Shown here piece after piece: positions 47,943 to 58,247 of a stretch of 64,000 nt of DNA. A model generated the notes under the pieces. The model was not told the origin of the DNA. It did no database searches and worked only from the letters and a program-made list of their open reading frames with translations. This DNA comes from Acidobacteriota bacterium (GTDB lineage: Bacteria > Acidobacteriota > UBA6911 > RPQK01 > JAJDTT01). Each line of letters opens with the position of its first letter. Position 1 is the first letter of the stretch. Made by a program: the position numbers and the translations under genes. Location of the stretch: positions 4,000,001 through 4,064,000 of the forward strand of contig OZ253580.1 in assembly GCA_965263035.1 (NCBI GenBank), in the 5' to 3' direction.

Positions 47943-48266
47943 TCAGGACTGGGCCTGCTTGAGGGCGGCGGCTTGGGCCTTGGCGCCCATGTCCTCCGCC
48001 TCCTGGATCCAGCCCTTCGCGTGGTAGAACATGGACAAACTGGTGTAGGCCAACGGGTTGTCCGGCTCCACGTCCCGGTAGCGGAGGCCGTACTTGAGCG
48101 CCCGGTCCAGATCCTTGTTGTGGTAGCAGCACATGGCTGCGGCGTGCAGGGCGTCGCCGTAATCGGCATCCTCTTCAAGCGCCCGGTCGAAGGCGGCGAC
48201 GGCTTCGTCCATGCGGTCATCGGCGAAAAGGTCCATTCCTTTGAAGTAGTAGTCTTCCTTGGGCAT
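47943..48266 (-). CDS. Small TPR protein
   Basis: YFKGMDLF...A.AAF.RAL..D..Y.DA; PDNPLAYTSLSMFY. Confidence 0.8.
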   Translation of the reverse strand: MPKEDYYFKGMDLFADDRMDEAVAAFDRALEEDADYGDALHAAAMCCYHNKDLDRALKYGLRYRDVEPDNPLAYTSLSMFYHAKGWIQEAEDMGAKAQAAALKQAQS

Positions 48267-48360
48267 CGGCTCCTCGAAAACATCGTCCCCCACGCCCGGC
48301 GTCCCGTCAAGGAACCGGACCGAGGGCGATTCGTTGGTGAATTCTCCGTGTTCTGATTTT

Positions 48361-49716
48361 CTAGTCCAGCCGGTTCCCGTCCGTGTCATAGACTGACACG
48401 GGTCCCAACCGGGCCAGGTCCTTCTCGACCTGGGAACGGTCGGCCACCACGGTGATGACGGTGCGGTCCGGATGCATGTAGGTTCGAGCCGTCTCTTGGA
48501 TCACGTCCGGAGTGACCTGCTGCAGCCGCTGGACGTAGTTCCGGTAATAGTTTTCCGGGAGGCCGTCCAAGCGCCGGCTCACTTCCAGGTCCGCCGCCGA
48601 ATCGGAAGTCTCCAGGAAACGGATGAAACGGCCTGCGAGTTCCGCCCGTCCCCGATTCAGCTCCCGTTTACCTGGCGGCTCCCGCCTCAGGCGCTCCATC
48701 TCCTTCAGGCTCTCCACCACCGACTCGGCCGCCACGTCACTGCGCACGTCGGCGCCGATGAGAATGACCCCGTCGCGCCGGTACGATTTCAAGGTGCTGT
48801 AGGCCCCATAGGTGTAGCCCTTGTCCTCCCGCAGGTTCAAAAATAGACGGGAGCTGGCGCTGCCCCCCAGGATCTGATTGGCCAGGAACAGAGGTGTCGA
48901 GTCCCGGTGTCCCCGAGGCAGGCCCCGACCGGCCACCACGATCCGGGCCTGGACGGAATGGGGCCGGTGAACCAGCAACACCCGCCGTGATTCCGGGACC
49001 GGCGGCAGCGGGGCGCGGTCGGGCTGGGGCACCTCTCCCCTCCAGCATCCCAGGTAACGCTTGGCCAGACGTGTCGCCCGATCCGGATTCACCGCTCCCG
49101 AGAAGGCAAGCAGAGCCCCCTTTGGCGCCAGCAGCCGCCGGCGCACTCCGCACAACGCGTCGCGGTCCGCAGCCTCCACGTGGGACACTGGAAACGAAAC
49201 CCGAGAATAGGGGTGGCCGCGGTAGAGAGCCGCGTGGGTCCGCTCCCGGGCCAGGAACGCCGGTTGGGATCGCTGGGACAGAAGGTGGCTTCTCCACCGG
49301 CTCCGAGCCTTCTCCAATTCCTCTTCGGGGAACGCCGGGTGCATCACCAGGTCCGCCAGCAACTCCAGGGCCGGCTCCAGGTAACGGGCCAACACCGTCA
49401 GGGTGAGTTGGCTCCGCTCCATCCGGACCTGAGTGCCGTAGTGGATCGCCAGTTGATCCAGAAGATCCGCGATCTGACGGGCGGCACGGGTCTCGGTTCC
49501 CTCTTCCAACAGCTCGAAGGCCAGACTCGTCAGGGCCAGGTTTCCGGTGGAATCGGAGGTGCGGCCCGTGGGCCAGGCCAGGCAGAGGGAGACCTTGGGA
49601 AGGGCGAAGTCCCCGGCCGTCAGAACCCGAAGCCCGTTCCCCAGGACGGCATCCGGAATCTCCGGATAGTCGGGTTTCGGCAACGGCGCTATCGGTGGAG
49701 GCTGATCCATTCTCAT
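48361..49716 (-). CDS. M16 (pitrilysin) peptidase, non-catalytic subunit
   Basis: LGNGLRV, P.FPEEELE, ILGG...SRLFLNLREDKGYTYG; lacks HxxEH; start uncertain. Confidence 0.85.
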   Translation of the reverse strand: MRMDQPPPIAPLPKPDYPEIPDAVLGNGLRVLTAGDFALPKVSLCLAWPTGRTSDSTGNLALTSLAFELLEEGTETRAARQIADLLDQLAIHYGTQVRMERSQLTLTVLARYLEPALELLADLVMHPAFPEEELEKARSRWRSHLLSQRSQPAFLARERTHAALYRGHPYSRVSFPVSHVEAADRDALCGVRRRLLAPKGALLAFSGAVNPDRATRLAKRYLGCWRGEVPQPDRAPLPPVPESRRVLLVHRPHSVQARIVVAGRGLPRGHRDSTPLFLANQILGGSASSRLFLNLREDKGYTYGAYSTLKSYRRDGVILIGADVRSDVAAESVVESLKEMERLRREPPGKRELNRGRAELAGRFIRFLETSDSAADLEVSRRLDGLPENYYRNYVQRLQQVTPDVIQETARTYMHPDRTVITVVADRSQVEKDLARLGPVSVYDTDGNRLD

Positions 49717-49765
49717 GGCTTTCGTGGTCCGTGTTTCGCCCGCCGGCAATGGTGCAAGCTCCAAT

Positions 49766-51061
49766 TCAACCCTGCTCCGGCTCCACCAGCAGCAGGGTGC
49801 GGTTCTCCGGACGGAAGGTCTCGGCGGCCACCCGGAGAATTTCCTGGGGAGTCGGCTTGGTGTACCGGGACCATTCCCGGTTGATTTCCCCCGCGTCTCC
49901 ATGGAACACCGCGTGGTGGGCCAGGATCTCGCCCACGTCCGACACCTTCTCCAACCGGCGGACGAAGCGAAACGCGAGCTGATTGCGGGCCTTTTCCAGC
50001 TCCTGAGGAGTCACCACCTCCCGGCACAGCCGACCCAGCTCGACCTCGACCAGGTCCAGGACCGGGTCGACCGGGACCCCGTCCTGAATCTGCAGGAAGA
50101 TGTCGAACATACCCGGGCCACGGTACTGGTTGGAACCGGCCGACAGTCCGGCGGCCCAGTTCCGTTCGTAGATCAGCCGGCGATAGAGGCGCGAGGAAGA
50201 GCCGTCCGTCAGCAGCAGGGCAAGGATGCTGAGGGCGTAGTACCCGGGACTGCCCACGGGCGGCATGTGGTAGCCCATGATGACCAGGGGGAGCACGGCC
50301 AGGGAGTCCCGGATCGTCTCTCGTTTCTCCTCCTGTTGAGACGGCTCCCCGAACGCCGGCCGTACGGATCGAGTCCGATCCGGAATCGGGCCGAAATAAC
50401 GGTGGATCGACTCCAGGGCGCCGGCCTCGTCCAGGTCTCCGGAAAGGACCAGCACGGCGTTTCCCGGTCCGTAGTGCATCCGGTGAAACTCCCTGGCGTC
50501 GGCCAGGGTCGCTCGTTTCAGATCTTCGACGGCGCCGATGATGGGGTGGGCGTACTCCCAGCTCTCGTAGGCCAATTCGTCCAGTCTCAGAAAAGCGCGC
50601 CCGTAGGGTCGATTGTCGTAACTCTGCTTCTTCTCTTCGATGACCGTCTGCCTCTGGTTCTCGAAATTCTCCGCGGTCACCTCCAGGGAATTCATGCGGT
50701 CCGCCTCCAGCCAAAGCCCCAGGTCCAGGCAATTGGACGGCAGCGTTTCGTGGTAGGCGGTGCGGTCCTTGCTGGTGGTGGCGTTCCAGCGTCCCCCCGC
50801 CTCGTCCACGTATCTGCCGTGTTCGTTCTTGGCCACGTTCCGGGACCCCTGGAACATCATGTGCTCGAAGAGGTGAGCGAAGCCGGAGAGTCCCGGAACT
50901 TCGTAGGAGGAGCCGACCCGGTAATGGAGGCTGATGTGCACCAGGGGGACGCGCTGGCTCGGCCTCAGAATGACCTGAAGGCCGTTGGACAAGGTTTCCT
51001 GGCGGAACCGGACGTGTGGGATCTTCAAGCTGTCCCCGGTGGGGTCCGCATCCGTCTTCAT
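49766..51061 (-). CDS. M16 (pitrilysin) peptidase, catalytic subunit
   Basis: GFAHLFEHMMFQGS, NATTSKDRT, LWLEADRM. Confidence 0.95.
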   Translation of the reverse strand: MKTDADPTGDSLKIPHVRFRQETLSNGLQVILRPSQRVPLVHISLHYRVGSSYEVPGLSGFAHLFEHMMFQGSRNVAKNEHGRYVDEAGGRWNATTSKDRTAYHETLPSNCLDLGLWLEADRMNSLEVTAENFENQRQTVIEEKKQSYDNRPYGRAFLRLDELAYESWEYAHPIIGAVEDLKRATLADAREFHRMHYGPGNAVLVLSGDLDEAGALESIHRYFGPIPDRTRSVRPAFGEPSQQEEKRETIRDSLAVLPLVIMGYHMPPVGSPGYYALSILALLLTDGSSSRLYRRLIYERNWAAGLSAGSNQYRGPGMFDIFLQIQDGVPVDPVLDLVEVELGRLCREVVTPQELEKARNQLAFRFVRRLEKVSDVGEILAHHAVFHGDAGEINREWSRYTKPTPQEILRVAAETFRPENRTLLLVEPEQG

Positions 51062-51098
51062 GGGAGAATTCTACCGTTTGGAGTTTGGAATCGGCGAA

Positions 51099-51731
51099 CT
51101 ACCGGACCTCGAACTCGAAGAAGACCAGGGGTTCCTTGGCCGAGAAGTTATAGATTTCCGGGAGATAGAAGCGGCTCTTCGAAAGGTCCCATCCGTCCCA
51201 AGGAATCTCATAGAAGACCACGCCGAAGTCTTTGGTGTACGGTGCGATGAGCTTTTCGCCGAAGTCCTTCTGCTCGAAGTCGGCGAGCATCTCCTTGCTG
51301 GCGAGCTTTCTGGTCCGGCTGCCGCGGCGCCCCGGACCCGGAGGTTCGATGGTTGAGATCGGGGGCCGCCGCTTGTTGTTCAGGTCCGCCAGCACGTCCA
51401 GGTAGTGCATCGGTCGATGCTGGGTCCCGTCGGAATCGACGAGGAAGATGGCCCGGCCGTCCAGGCTCACCACGAAATCGTTGTTGTTCTCCACCACGAT
51501 GAGCACCGGGAGAATTCTCTTCTTGCCGAACTTGTCGGTGTCGAACAACTGTCGGGCCTTGTGCCGGGTGTCGCAGGGGTAGGCGGCGATCACCAGATTC
51601 TGGAATTCTTGATAAGAAGCGTACTGTCTGGCTTCTTTCGCGCGGATCTCCACCGGCTTGTAGCCAAGAGCCACGGAGCCCGCCAGAAGTTGCCCCGCCA
51701 GAAGAACGTAAATCCCCGTCATCCGACCCAT
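51099..51731 (-). CDS. Secreted hypothetical protein
   Basis: Signal-peptide-like N-terminus; co-oriented with the operon; ILPVLIVVEN. Confidence 0.7.
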   Translation of the reverse strand: MGRMTGIYVLLAGQLLAGSVALGYKPVEIRAKEARQYASYQEFQNLVIAAYPCDTRHKARQLFDTDKFGKKRILPVLIVVENNNDFVVSLDGRAIFLVDSDGTQHRPMHYLDVLADLNNKRRPPISTIEPPGPGRRGSRTRKLASKEMLADFEQKDFGEKLIAPYTKDFGVVFYEIPWDGWDLSKSRFYLPEIYNFSAKEPLVFFEFEVR

Positions 51732-51843
51732 TGTAATCGGCGTGCGGCGGTTGGTGACAAGCCTCGCGGGATATTCCAGCCAGATTGCGTCCCGGTGAAC
51801 GGAAATGAATGGGCAGCTCCCGCCGAAACGCCGCCGTCCCCCG

Positions 51844-52401
51844 TCATACCTCGTTCGTTCGCGATACCCGGGCCAAGATCCGATCCAGACGTCGAAGGAT
51901 CTCGCCGTGCAAAACCGATCGGTTCTTCCGGGTCAGCTTGACCAGGCGCACATCCTCCCGATCCCGGATGCGCTTCAGGACTCCGGCGCCGTGCAGCGAG
52001 ATGGTCCCCAGGACCGGACAGGGTGAGTCCAGGAGCTCGAGTATCGCCTCCCGCAAGGGCTGGGAGAGGAGCTCCATCTTGGCGATCTCGTCCACCACCA
52101 TGAGATCCGGCCGCTTCCGCTTCCAGTCCAGATGAGGCAGGATCAGGTTGTCCAGCATCCGGGTGTGCACGCCGTAGTGTCCCAGACGATGCGGGGACCT
52201 GGCCTGGAAGTCCCTGTGTGCGAACACTCCCGAAGTCCCGTTGAGGGCCACCGCCCGGAAACCCACGCGCTGGCCCCGGGTGCGGATCTCCTCCGTGTAG
52301 AAGCCGCTCAGGGCCAGGTGCCCGAGCTGCTCGATGAGCCGTTTGACGAGGGTGGTCTTCCCGATTCCCGGATGTCCGGTGAGCAGCAGGTTCGTGGTCA
52401 T
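51844..52401 (-). CDS. Nucleoside triphosphatase (THEP1/NTPase_1)
   Basis: LLTGHPGIGKTT, GFYTEEIR..G.RVGF, VVDEIAKMEL. Confidence 0.9.
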   Translation of the reverse strand: MTTNLLLTGHPGIGKTTLVKRLIEQLGHLALSGFYTEEIRTRGQRVGFRAVALNGTSGVFAHRDFQARSPHRLGHYGVHTRMLDNLILPHLDWKRKRPDLMVVDEIAKMELLSQPLREAILELLDSPCPVLGTISLHGAGVLKRIRDREDVRLVKLTRKNRSVLHGEILRRLDRILARVSRTNEV

Positions 52402-53414
52402 TGGCGGCGCCCCAGATGGTGGTGCAGGTAGCGGCAGATGTGCCAGGCGTCGATGCAGATGAAGGGGAATCGGGCCGTCGTGTAGTGGCCGCAAGGCATC
52501 TCGACCCGATCAAACGGGATTCGATGTTGCCGGTATCTCAGAAAGACCTGTTGCGAGAGTTCCGGGATGAAGGTCAGATCGTAGCGGGCGGTGATCAGGA
52601 GATGGTGCCGCCGAGTGTTCCGGAGCCGGGGAATGAAGTACCAGGGACTGATGGGCGCCCAGCAGTGCTCCAGGTCGTCCCGGGCGATGTGGCCTTCCAG
52701 ACCCCAGCGAACGTATCGCGTTGCCAGTCCGGTCCAGACCACCTGGGCGAAGGAGGAGGAGACGTGGTTGAACACGCCGGTCTGGATAAGTGGGTCATGG
52801 ACGAAGGCCAGGAACGTGACGCAGGAACCGATGCTGGTTCCCACGACGCCCACGTGTTCGTAGCCCTCGTCCCGGAGCCAATGGGCGACCTGAAGCACTT
52901 CCAGCACGGCTTGGCGGGTGGCCTGAAGGGTCCTCCCGATATTGGGGCTGACCATGTGTTCGGCGCGGACTTCCCCCGGAGGCATCCGCCGTTCGTGGTA
53001 GGGCAGGGAGAGGCGCACGGCGGTGATCCCCAGGCGAGTCAACAGCCGGCAGAGTCCCACGTGGCTGGAGGCGTCGGCGTTCCACTGGGGAACCACGACG
53101 ACGGCCCGGCGCCGATCCGGACCCGGGAAGATCCGGGCGTGGACCGTATTGTTGACGGCGTAGGCGCTGGGAACCGGGGTCTCGAAAGTGAGCCGGTCAC
53201 CGGATCGCCGGAGATTCCGCGGGGGCGTCGCCGCGTAGAATCGATGGTCCGCCAGTGCCGACCGGGCGTACTTCTTCACCTGGGAGAGGGGGTCGTCGTT
53301 GCCCGCGCCGCCGAGACACTCCAGACCCCAGGCGAAGGGCAGGATCCGGCGGCTCCTGTCGCGCAGAGTCAGGATTCGTTCCCGGCGCTCGATCCAGCGG
53401 CCGTAGGTGTTCAT
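52398..53414 (-). CDS. Alpha/beta hydrolase family protein
   Basis: GTSIG nucleophile elbow, LPYH..R.P, PCGHY. Confidence 0.85.
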   Translation of the reverse strand: MNTYGRWIERRERILTLRDRSRRILPFAWGLECLGGAGNDDPLSQVKKYARSALADHRFYAATPPRNLRRSGDRLTFETPVPSAYAVNNTVHARIFPGPDRRRAVVVVPQWNADASSHVGLCRLLTRLGITAVRLSLPYHERRMPPGEVRAEHMVSPNIGRTLQATRQAVLEVLQVAHWLRDEGYEHVGVVGTSIGSCVTFLAFVHDPLIQTGVFNHVSSSFAQVVWTGLATRYVRWGLEGHIARDDLEHCWAPISPWYFIPRLRNTRRHHLLITARYDLTFIPELSQQVFLRYRQHRIPFDRVEMPCGHYTTARFPFICIDAWHICRYLHHHLGRRQ

Positions 53415-54505
53415 TCGGGCGGCCGCTCGGTAGCGCTCTGTCCGAACTCGATCTGGAAGAGTTCCAGGAACGACAATCCGAGAGCCACCAGGATGGGGCC
53501 GAAGATGAGGCCCGGCAATCCCAGGTAGGAAACTCCTCCCATCAGGGAGAAAAAGACCAGCAGGCTGTGCATCTTCACCCTGCCCTCGATGAAGAAGGGC
53601 CGAACCACGTTGTCGAGAAGCCCGACCAGAAGGAAGAGGCCGATGAACACGAAGCCGCTCGCGCCCGAAGCCGTGCTCAGAAGGTAGATTGCCCAGGGAA
53701 TCCAGACCAGCGCTGTCCCTACGATGGGAACCAGGGAGAAGAAGGCCGTGAGCGTGCCCCAGAAAATGGCATGGTCGATGCCCACGATCCAGAAGACCAG
53801 TCCTCCGGCAATTCCTTGAATAACCGCCGTGACCAGGCTCCCCACCACCGTGGCCGAGGCGACTTGGCGAAACGTCGTCATGATCTGATGCTGGTACTCG
53901 TCCGAGAGGGGTGAGAGGTGCCTGTAATCCCGGGTCAGGCGGGCACTGTCCCGAAAGAGGAAGAACATGGTGACCAGCATGATCATGAAACTGGTGACGA
54001 AACTGAGAATTCCGGTCACCAGTTCGGAACTGTGCTCCAGCAGGAACAGGCTGATTTTTTCCAGCAGCGTGGCCAACCCTTCCCCCAGGTTGAAATGGCC
54101 CAAGCCGACCTGGTCCAAGTCGACGTACCGTTCCACGAATTGCCGCAGTCGATCCGGAATCAGGTCGTCGCTCAGTTGCCAGAAGGGGCTCTCCCACTCC
54201 CTCTGGTCCAGAGCGGTCTGGAACTTGTCGTAGATCTCCTTTGCCTGGGTCGCCACCTGGGTCAGAATCAGTGCGAAAGGCAGGAGGATGAGAGCCGTCA
54301 TCCCCAGGCAGGTGACCAACGCCGCCAATCCGTTGCGGCCCTTCAGTCTCCCGCGGATCCAGTTGAAGGCGGGATAGCAAAGGCTCACCATTACGGCGGC
54401 CAGCGCAACCGGCAGTAGAAACGGCCGGAAAATCTGCACCACGTAGTAGAAGACGGGCAGGGAGAAGATCAACAGAAACAGACGCGCGTAGCGGCCCCGA
54501 TACAT
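53411..54505 (-). CDS. AI-2E family transporter
   Basis: FFLFRD, SLVPIVGTALVWIP, DNVVRP, GLIFGP. Confidence 0.9.
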   Translation of the reverse strand: MYRGRYARLFLLIFSLPVFYYVVQIFRPFLLPVALAAVMVSLCYPAFNWIRGRLKGRNGLAALVTCLGMTALILLPFALILTQVATQAKEIYDKFQTALDQREWESPFWQLSDDLIPDRLRQFVERYVDLDQVGLGHFNLGEGLATLLEKISLFLLEHSSELVTGILSFVTSFMIMLVTMFFLFRDSARLTRDYRHLSPLSDEYQHQIMTTFRQVASATVVGSLVTAVIQGIAGGLVFWIVGIDHAIFWGTLTAFFSLVPIVGTALVWIPWAIYLLSTASGASGFVFIGLFLLVGLLDNVVRPFFIEGRVKMHSLLVFFSLMGGVSYLGLPGLIFGPILVALGLSFLELFQIEFGQSATERPPE

Positions 54506-54623
54506 CAGTCCGAATGATACACTGAAAGCGGCTTCTTCAGTCCGTCGTGAAAATCTCGCGAACTATCGAAAGCGGTGATATCAAGGCAGGACGGCGTCTG
54601 GGTCCGGCATGGGGCGGTATGAC

Positions 54624-54650
54624 TTGGAGGGCGGTTTCCCAACCGCCGAT
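54624..54650. repeat. REP-like palindrome
   Basis: TTGGAG-GGCGGTTtcccAACCGCC-GAT, homologous to the intron target hairpin. Confidence 0.6.
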
Positions 54651-54770
54651 TCCCGGCTGGGCTCGGTTCGGGTGGGCGCGACGGTTTTTGCCCGCCGTCT
54701 TGACTGCGGGGCGAAAATACGGCGCCGGTCGAGTGATGTGACGGTTGTTGCGAAGGGCCGGCAATTCGCC

Positions 54771-55733
54771 ATGAACCCCTGTCCCATTTGTCGATCTCTC
54801 GAATGGGAGCATTTCTGCGCCGTTCCGGACCGGCTCCGAAAGATCGTGGACCAGAGCTGGGAAATCCTCCGTTGCCGTTCCTGCGGCTTGGGCCGAACCG
54901 AACCCGCACCGGGGGAGAAGGACCTCATGGCCTATTACCCTCCCGGGTACTGGGGGGATGTGGTCAAAACCCTGGAGCGGTTTCAATCCGGACAACTGGT
55001 GTCGGCCCGCTCCTGGCGTCAGGAGGCCGAGAAGGTCCGATTGCTGGAACGCTACCTGCGGGAAGGATCCCTGTTGGACGTGGGTTGCGGGGACGGCAAG
55101 TTCCTCTGGGGTCTTGATGCCGGCCGCTGGCAGCGGACCGGGCTCGAACCTTCACGGCGAGTCGTTCGACTCGTGCGGGAGCGGATTCCGGACATCGATT
55201 TCGTTATCGGGGACCTTTACTCGAGTCGGCTGCAACCGGGTTCCTTCGACGCGATCACGTTCTGGCACGTGCTGGAGCACCTTCCCGATCCGAGGCGGGT
55301 GTTGCGCCGGGTCCGCGATCTGTTGCGTCCGAAGGGGTGGCTCATCGTCTCGTTGCCCAACCTGAGCAGCTTGCAGGCCCGGATCTTTCGCCGCCACTGG
55401 TATGCGTTCGATGACGTGCCCCGCCACCTTTTCCACTATTCTCCCCGCTCGCTGGCCCTGCTGCTGGACCAGGAAGACTTCGAGGTTCGGGATCAGCTCG
55501 GTTTTTCCAGGATCATCGGATTTCATTGCCTGAAGCACAGCCTGGTCAACTGGTCGGAGAGCCTCTTCGGTTCCCGGGCTCCCTACTATTCGCTCAAGCC
55601 CATCCTGCCCCTGTGCGCTCTGCTGGAACGAGTGGCGGGACGCACCGGCATCATAACCCTGGTCGCTCGGAAGCGAACCCGGCCGAGGTCGGAGGTCGAC
55701 GTGAAACAGGGCCCCGAACGGTTCGTATTGTAG
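54771..55733 (+). CDS. Class I SAM-dependent methyltransferase with N-terminal Zn-ribbon
   Basis: CPIC..C.SCGL, LLDVGCGDG, WHVLEHL.DP, PRHLFHYS. Confidence 0.9.
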   Translation: MNPCPICRSLEWEHFCAVPDRLRKIVDQSWEILRCRSCGLGRTEPAPGEKDLMAYYPPGYWGDVVKTLERFQSGQLVSARSWRQEAEKVRLLERYLREGSLLDVGCGDGKFLWGLDAGRWQRTGLEPSRRVVRLVRERIPDIDFVIGDLYSSRLQPGSFDAITFWHVLEHLPDPRRVLRRVRDLLRPKGWLIVSLPNLSSLQARIFRRHWYAFDDVPRHLFHYSPRSLALLLDQEDFEVRDQLGFSRIIGFHCLKHSLVNWSESLFGSRAPYYSLKPILPLCALLERVAGRTGIITLVARKRTRPRSEVDVKQGPERFVL

Positions 55734-55741
55734 GTTGGAGG

Positions 55742-56338
55742 ATGGAGAAGACCGATGCCGAGTTGGTCATTGCGAGCCTTGAAGGTGCGCCGTATGCTTT
55801 CGAGCAGATCGTCCAGCGCTACCAGAGGCTGGTCTTCAGCATCATCTACCATCAGTTGGGACGGCGGCAGGAGGTGGAAGACGTGGCTCAGGAAGTCTTC
55901 ATCAAGGTCTTCAACTCCCTCGGCCGATTTGATCGGCGGCGCCCGCTGAAGGCCTGGATCGCCAAGATCACGGTCAACCAATGCCGCGATGTATTGAGAA
56001 AGCGACGGAGTTCCAGGGTGGAGGCATTCTCCAACTTCACCGAAGACGAGGAGCGGAGAATCCGGTCCCTTTACGACGTTTCCGCCGGCACCGCCGCCAT
56101 GACGGAGGCGGAATCCAGAGCATGCCTCAAGCTCTTGGAACAGCTCGTGCGCCGTCTGTCCCACAAGGATCGAACCGCGTTTCTGCTCAGGGAGGTGGAG
56201 GGATTCGGATATGATGAGGTGTCCAAGGCCCTGGGAACCAGCGAGGTGGCGGCCCGGATCCGGGTCAGCCGCACGCGCAAGCGGCTGCTTGCGGCTCTGT
56301 CTCAGGTCCTTTCCAGCGGAGAGATGTTGAAGACATGA
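55742..56338 (+). CDS. ECF sigma-70 factor
   Basis: EDVAQEVF, F...RPLKAWI, LREVEGFGYDEV, RVSRTRKRL. Confidence 0.9.
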   Translation: MEKTDAELVIASLEGAPYAFEQIVQRYQRLVFSIIYHQLGRRQEVEDVAQEVFIKVFNSLGRFDRRRPLKAWIAKITVNQCRDVLRKRRSSRVEAFSNFTEDEERRIRSLYDVSAGTAAMTEAESRACLKLLEQLVRRLSHKDRTAFLLREVEGFGYDEVSKALGTSEVAARIRVSRTRKRLLAALSQVLSSGEMLKT

Positions 56339-56757
56339 ATCGGAAACACATTCGGTTCGAAGACCTGGAGCCGACCGGGAACCTGGATGAGGAACATCTG
56401 AAGTCATGCGGCCGGTGCCGCCGGGAGTTGCGCGCCTTCCGCCTGTTTCGATTTCACCTGGAACACCTGCCCCGCCTGGAGCCTCCGGCCCATTTTGCCA
56501 GGACCGTGGCCCGGCTGGCTGAGGAAAGGCGGGTTGTGCCGTTTGCCTTGTTCCTGGAACGAGCCGCCCGGCAGTTGGCTCCCGGCTTGGTCGCCCTTAT
56601 GGGAGCCGTTTCCGTGCTGCTTTATCAGCTTTCCCAGCCGGTTGACCTGAACTTGACTCCTTTGGAAAGCCTGCCCGAGGAGGCCTCCCTGGAATACACC
56701 GTCGATTCCTTGAGGCTGTCGTCGGAAGGGGGTTGGATCATTGACGAATCGAACTAA
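56335..56757 (+). CDS. Zinc-finger anti-sigma factor
   Basis: HLKSCGRC (HxxxCxxC) plus a single TM segment; overlaps the sigma stop. Confidence 0.8.
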   Translation: MNRKHIRFEDLEPTGNLDEEHLKSCGRCRRELRAFRLFRFHLEHLPRLEPPAHFARTVARLAEERRVVPFALFLERAARQLAPGLVALMGAVSVLLYQLSQPVDLNLTPLESLPEEASLEYTVDSLRLSSEGGWIIDESN

Positions 56758-57181
56758 GGCCGTCTTCTGGATCATCTTCGTATTCCTCGCGGGCGGCTTC
56801 GTCGGGGGCGCCCTTAGCTATGTCCTGATCCGGCCGGCGCACTTCCATGCCGGAGGCGGGCCGGAGCAGCGGCCGCCGGCGAGAGAGCCGGGACAGCCCC
56901 GCCGCAATGGGTCGCGGTTCCTCCAACGTCTGGATCAGGCTCTGGATCTGGACCCGGACCAGGAAGTCCAGGTGCGCCAGATCGTGGAGACGGCTCGGAA
57001 AACATTCCGCGAAGCGGCCGACGAAGCCGCCAGGATGCACCGAGAGATTCGTAACCAGGCCCGAAATCAAATTCGGGCCCTCCTCAGGTCCGAACAGGTG
57101 GAGAAATACGACGAGATGATCCGGCGTAAGGATCGAAGATTCCGCGAAGGAAAACGTCGCAGACCCGGGTCTTCCCAATAA
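56741..57181 (+). CDS. Membrane-anchored Spy/CpxP-like helical protein
   Basis: N-terminal TM; LDLDPDQ...IRALL.SEQ repeats. Confidence 0.7.
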   Translation: MTNRTKAVFWIIFVFLAGGFVGGALSYVLIRPAHFHAGGGPEQRPPAREPGQPRRNGSRFLQRLDQALDLDPDQEVQVRQIVETARKTFREAADEAARMHREIRNQARNQIRALLRSEQVEKYDEMIRRKDRRFREGKRRRPGSSQ

Positions 57182-57243
57182 TCGGGTTTTCCAAAAATCC
57201 CGCCTCGTCTTTCGAGACGGCCCCTGCATCTTCCTGTTGTAGA

Positions 57244-58161
57244 ATGACGGCCTTCGAAGATCCGTGGCGAGAGCCGCCGCGGCATTCGGCCGGCGTTGCG
57301 TCCCGTCCGGGGTCGGGCAAATTCGTGGGAAAAACAGAATCTCCAGTCAGACTGACTCGAGCGGATTCGACAACATCGTTTTCCGTTCTCTTCCTCGCCG
57401 CACGAACACGACCACCAATTCCTCCTCTCTCTTTTCTCTTTCCGCTTTCCTCTTTTCTCAGTAAGTGGTGCCTCGCGGTGGTCTTCGCCGGCTGGATCGG
57501 CCAGCCGATCCTGGCTCAGGCTTCACCCGATTCCCATCCCAGGAAGTGGGAATTCTCGGTCCTGGCCGGGGCGGGGTTCCTGTCCGGCAGGACCTTCGGC
57601 CCTGCGGAAACGGGGAGTGGATCTTCCTTGGTATCGCTCGACTACAACGCGGGCTACTCACTCGGCATCGGGGTGATCGAAAACCTGGGGGAGAAGTTCG
57701 GCGCCGAAATGCGCTACGGCATCGGCAGTCTCCCGCTCGGTGCCGGCAACTTGACGGCGGAATCGCCGGCGCCGGAGCGGGCCCACTACGTCCATGGGAT
57801 TGTCTATAGCCTTCTGGTCTATCCTCAGGGCTGGAAGCGGGGCAGATTCGTTCCGTACGCGGTGGCCGGCATCGGAGCGTCGTTGTTCCAACCGTCGGAT
57901 GATCCCGAATCCCCGGCTCAGAGCGTGAGTCTCGAGAACCGCTGGAAGTTGGCCGGCGAGATGGGCGCTGGGGTCAAACTCCATCTGGATCGACCCTGGG
58001 GCCTCCGGTTCGAGGTTCGGGATCGGATCACGGGAGTTCCCGATTACGGTCTTCCCCGCACGGCCTCCCAGGGGGAAGGTGGCGGTTTGGCTCTGCCGGC
58101 AAGCGGCCGACTGCACCACTGGCAGTTCCACATCGGCCTCACCTACAATTTCGCCCCCTGA
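57244..58161 (+). CDS. Outer-membrane beta-barrel protein (true start probably downstream)
   Basis: FVPYAVAGIG, GAGVK, WGLRFEVRD, IGLTYNF end; signal-like KWCLAVVFAGW..ILAQA. Confidence 0.7.
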   Translation: MTAFEDPWREPPRHSAGVASRPGSGKFVGKTESPVRLTRADSTTSFSVLFLAARTRPPIPPLSFLFPLSSFLSKWCLAVVFAGWIGQPILAQASPDSHPRKWEFSVLAGAGFLSGRTFGPAETGSGSSLVSLDYNAGYSLGIGVIENLGEKFGAEMRYGIGSLPLGAGNLTAESPAPERAHYVHGIVYSLLVYPQGWKRGRFVPYAVAGIGASLFQPSDDPESPAQSVSLENRWKLAGEMGAGVKLHLDRPWGLRFEVRDRITGVPDYGLPRTASQGEGGGLALPASGRLHHWQFHIGLTYNFAP

Positions 58162-58247
58162 TCCTCTCCTCCCAATCGGAAACGGGACTTGGAGGGGCAA
58201 CTTGGAGGAGCGAGTTTCAGTCGCCCATTCCCCTTTTCTCACCGGCG

